Assembly (NCBI GenBank): GCA_905214875.1
Contig: CAJMNR010000022.1
Location: 422 to 64,421, forward strand
DNA from: an uncultured bacterium
GTDB taxonomy: Bacteria > Bacillota > Clostridia > Lachnospirales > Lachnospiraceae
DNA: 64,000 nucleotides
Direction of reading: 5' to 3'
A program made the position numbers and the translations under genes. Numbering within the stretch: the stretch's first letter is position 1; each line of letters begins with the position of its first letter. The notes beneath the pieces were generated by a model. That model was given only the letters and a program-made list of their open reading frames with translations. It was not told where the DNA came from and did not search any database. Below are positions 62,070-64,000 of the stretch, one piece after another.

Positions 62070-63998
62070 CTAAAGGAGCATTTCTTTTATGACATCAAAG
62101 TCGCAAACTGGCGCTTTGCAGCTTCGGTTTTCACAAAGATAAAACGTGGTCTGATTGTCTTTTTCCTTATATTCTTTTATAAATGGAACTACTGTATCAA
62201 GGGATGGCTCACTGCCTTCTTCTTTTACAAGAACCGCTAGATTCGGTAAAAATAAATGTTGCAGCTGCTCTCTTAACGTTTCTTTTGTATCTGTCGCTTT
62301 TGTTACACAAACGAGTTCTTTTGTCGGCCAAAGTTTTAACATAAATGCGCATAACGAAAAGCTATAGCCTGCAGGATATTCGCTAATCTTACCACACAAG
62401 AACGCCAACTGCCGTTCGGCTACCGTTCGATACTCGTCCTGCTCCGTAAGATGTTCCAGTTTAAGCAGTACATAGCCTGCCACTGAATTTCCCGATGGAA
62501 TGGCACCGTCATAGACTTCCTTCGGCCTTGCAATTAACTGTTCTGCATCTTCTCCATACAAATAAAAACCACCATTTTCGGTATCCAAAAAGAGTCGAAT
62601 CATTTCTTTTGCTGTCGTATCGGCATCTACTAAATAGGACACGTCCCATGTTGCCTCATACAATGTGATATATGCATAGGCTAAAAATGCATAGTCATCG
62701 ATATTACCAAGTCCCGCTGCATGTCCGTCACGATATCGAACAAGTAACCTTCCCGACGGACTTTTCAGTTTCTCTTTTATAAATTGTACGGCCTTTTTTG
62801 CCGCTTCTAGATATTCTTTCTCACCAAACACCTGATATGCCTTTGCAAATGCAACAATCATCAGAGCATTCCATGACGTCAAAATCTTATCGTCTTTATG
62901 AAGGGTGGTCCTTGTTAAGCGGTAGTCATACACTTTCTTACGTAGTCTTGAAAAATGTTCTTCTCCAAGAATGACTTTCTCTCTTCCAATGAGATTCAAA
63001 ATACTCTTTCCTTCAAAGTTTCCTTCCTTTGTAATGTCATAATAGGCGTTAAATTCCTTACCCTCTTCTTCTCCTAACACTTTGATGATTTCATCCGGCG
63101 TAAATACATAGTATTTTCCTTCTACGCCTTCACTGTCTGCATCCTGAGCGCAGTAAAAACCGCCTGCCTCATCGGTCATCTCACGCATGATATAGGATAG
63201 GGTCTCATGCACTACCAGTTCGTACATCTCACGCTTCGTCTCTTGATATGCCTCTGTATAAGCAATGACCAACAATGCATTGTCATACAGCATCTTTTCA
63301 AAATGTGGGACAAGCCATTTATTATCGGTTGAGTATCTGGAAAATCCACCTCCGATATGATCATAAATGCCGCCGCGAAACATGGCATCTAATGTCTTTT
63401 CCACCATTTGCAATGCCTCTTTGTCGTGCTCTAGCACCGCATATCGCAATAAAAACATCAAATTATGTGGTGTCGGAAACTTGGGCGCCAGATGAAAGCC
63501 TCCATACGTAGGATCAAATCCTCGCTTATAAATGCCTGCTGCTATTTTGACAAGCTTCTGAGTCGGCTGTTGGTCTTCTTCCTCATGTGCATATTGATTC
63601 TTTAAAAGCTCTGTCACTTCATTGCCAGACTTATTTAATTGCTCTCGGTCTGCATCCCACATTCTGCTAATGGCAGTTAGCAGATTCATCAGTCCCATCA
63701 TCTGCCCGCGATTATTCTTTGGCAAATAGGTTCCTGCAAAAAAAGGTTTCTGCTCCGGTGTCATTATAATTGTTAGTGGCCATCCGCCACTTCCCGTTAC
63801 CGCCTGGCACACTGTCATATAAATGGAATCCACGTCGGGGCGTTCTTCTTTATCTACCTTGATGGAAATAAAGTTTTTGTTAAGTAACTCTGCTACTTCT
63901 TCGTCTTCGAAGGATTCTCGCTCCATGACGTGACACCAATGACAAGTGCTGTAGCCTATGCTTAGGAAGATTGGTTTGTCCTCTTTTTTAGCCTTGGC
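62070..63998 (-). CDS. Thioredoxin-domain/six-hairpin protein (YyaL/SSP411 family), 5' end beyond the window
   Basis: FLSIGYSTCHWCHVMERESF upstream of the listed ORF start; GGWP, PHFEKMLYDNA. Confidence 0.92.
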   Translation of the reverse strand, partial: AKAKKEDKPIFLSIGYSTCHWCHVMERESFEDEEVAELLNKNFISIKVDKEERPDVDSIYMTVCQAVTGSGGWPLTIIMTPEQKPFFAGTYLPKNNRGQMMGLMNLLTAISRMWDADREQLNKSGNEVTELLKNQYAHEEEDQQPTQKLVKIAAGIYKRGFDPTYGGFHLAPKFPTPHNLMFLLRYAVLEHDKEALQMVEKTLDAMFRGGIYDHIGGGFSRYSTDNKWLVPHFEKMLYDNALLVIAYTEAYQETKREMYELVVHETLSYIMREMTDEAGGFYCAQDADSEGVEGKYYVFTPDEIIKVLGEEEGKEFNAYYDITKEGNFEGKSILNLIGREKVILGEEHFSRLRKKVYDYRLTRTTLHKDDKILTSWNALMIVAFAKAYQVFGEKEYLEAAKKAVQFIKEKLKSPSGRLLVRYRDGHAAGLGNIDDYAFLAYAYITLYEATWDVSYLVDADTTAKEMIRLFLDTENGGFYLYGEDAEQLIARPKEVYDGAIPSGNSVAGYVLLKLEHLTEQDEYRTVAERQLAFLCGKISEYPAGYSFSLCAFMLKLWPTKELVCVTKATDTKETLREQLQHLFLPNLAVLVKEEGSEPSLDTVVPFIKEYKEKDNQTTFYLCENRSCKAPVCDFDVIKEMLL

Positions 63999-64000
63999 GA

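Overview
Low-GC Firmicutes chromosomal segment, most consistent with a Lachnospiraceae/Clostridia genome (inferred from polC, T-box regulation and gene order). Almost all genes are on the minus strand. The conserved backbone comprises oppBCD(F), rpmF-yceD-ackA-pta, rpsO, the rimP-nusA-infB-rbfA-truB-ribF operon, polC-ispG and pyrH-frr-uppS-cdsA-dxr-rseP, plus phosphoketolase, class III FBPase and an iorAB/aryl-acetate-CoA ligase operon. The most notable observations are five. (1) A 976-aa reverse transcriptase-nitrilase fusion (DRT1/class-3 UG-like) lies beside a solo tRNA-Glu and a divergent HTH regulator, within a ~12-kb accessory block between polC and rimP. (2) A modular hairpin-rich dispersed repeat occurs in five copies, each abutting an intrinsic terminator in the same orientation. 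(3) An Smr-less MutS2 paralogue is preceded by a consensus promoter, a 12-codon leader peptide and a terminator, resembling an antibiotic-responsive attenuator. (4) A Trp-specific T-box controls iorAB plus a CoA ligase, implying Trp salvage from indole-3-acetate. (5) Four TGTCGAA (Spo0A-box) sites lie upstream of opp. All calls are from motif recognition by eye; no database searches were run.
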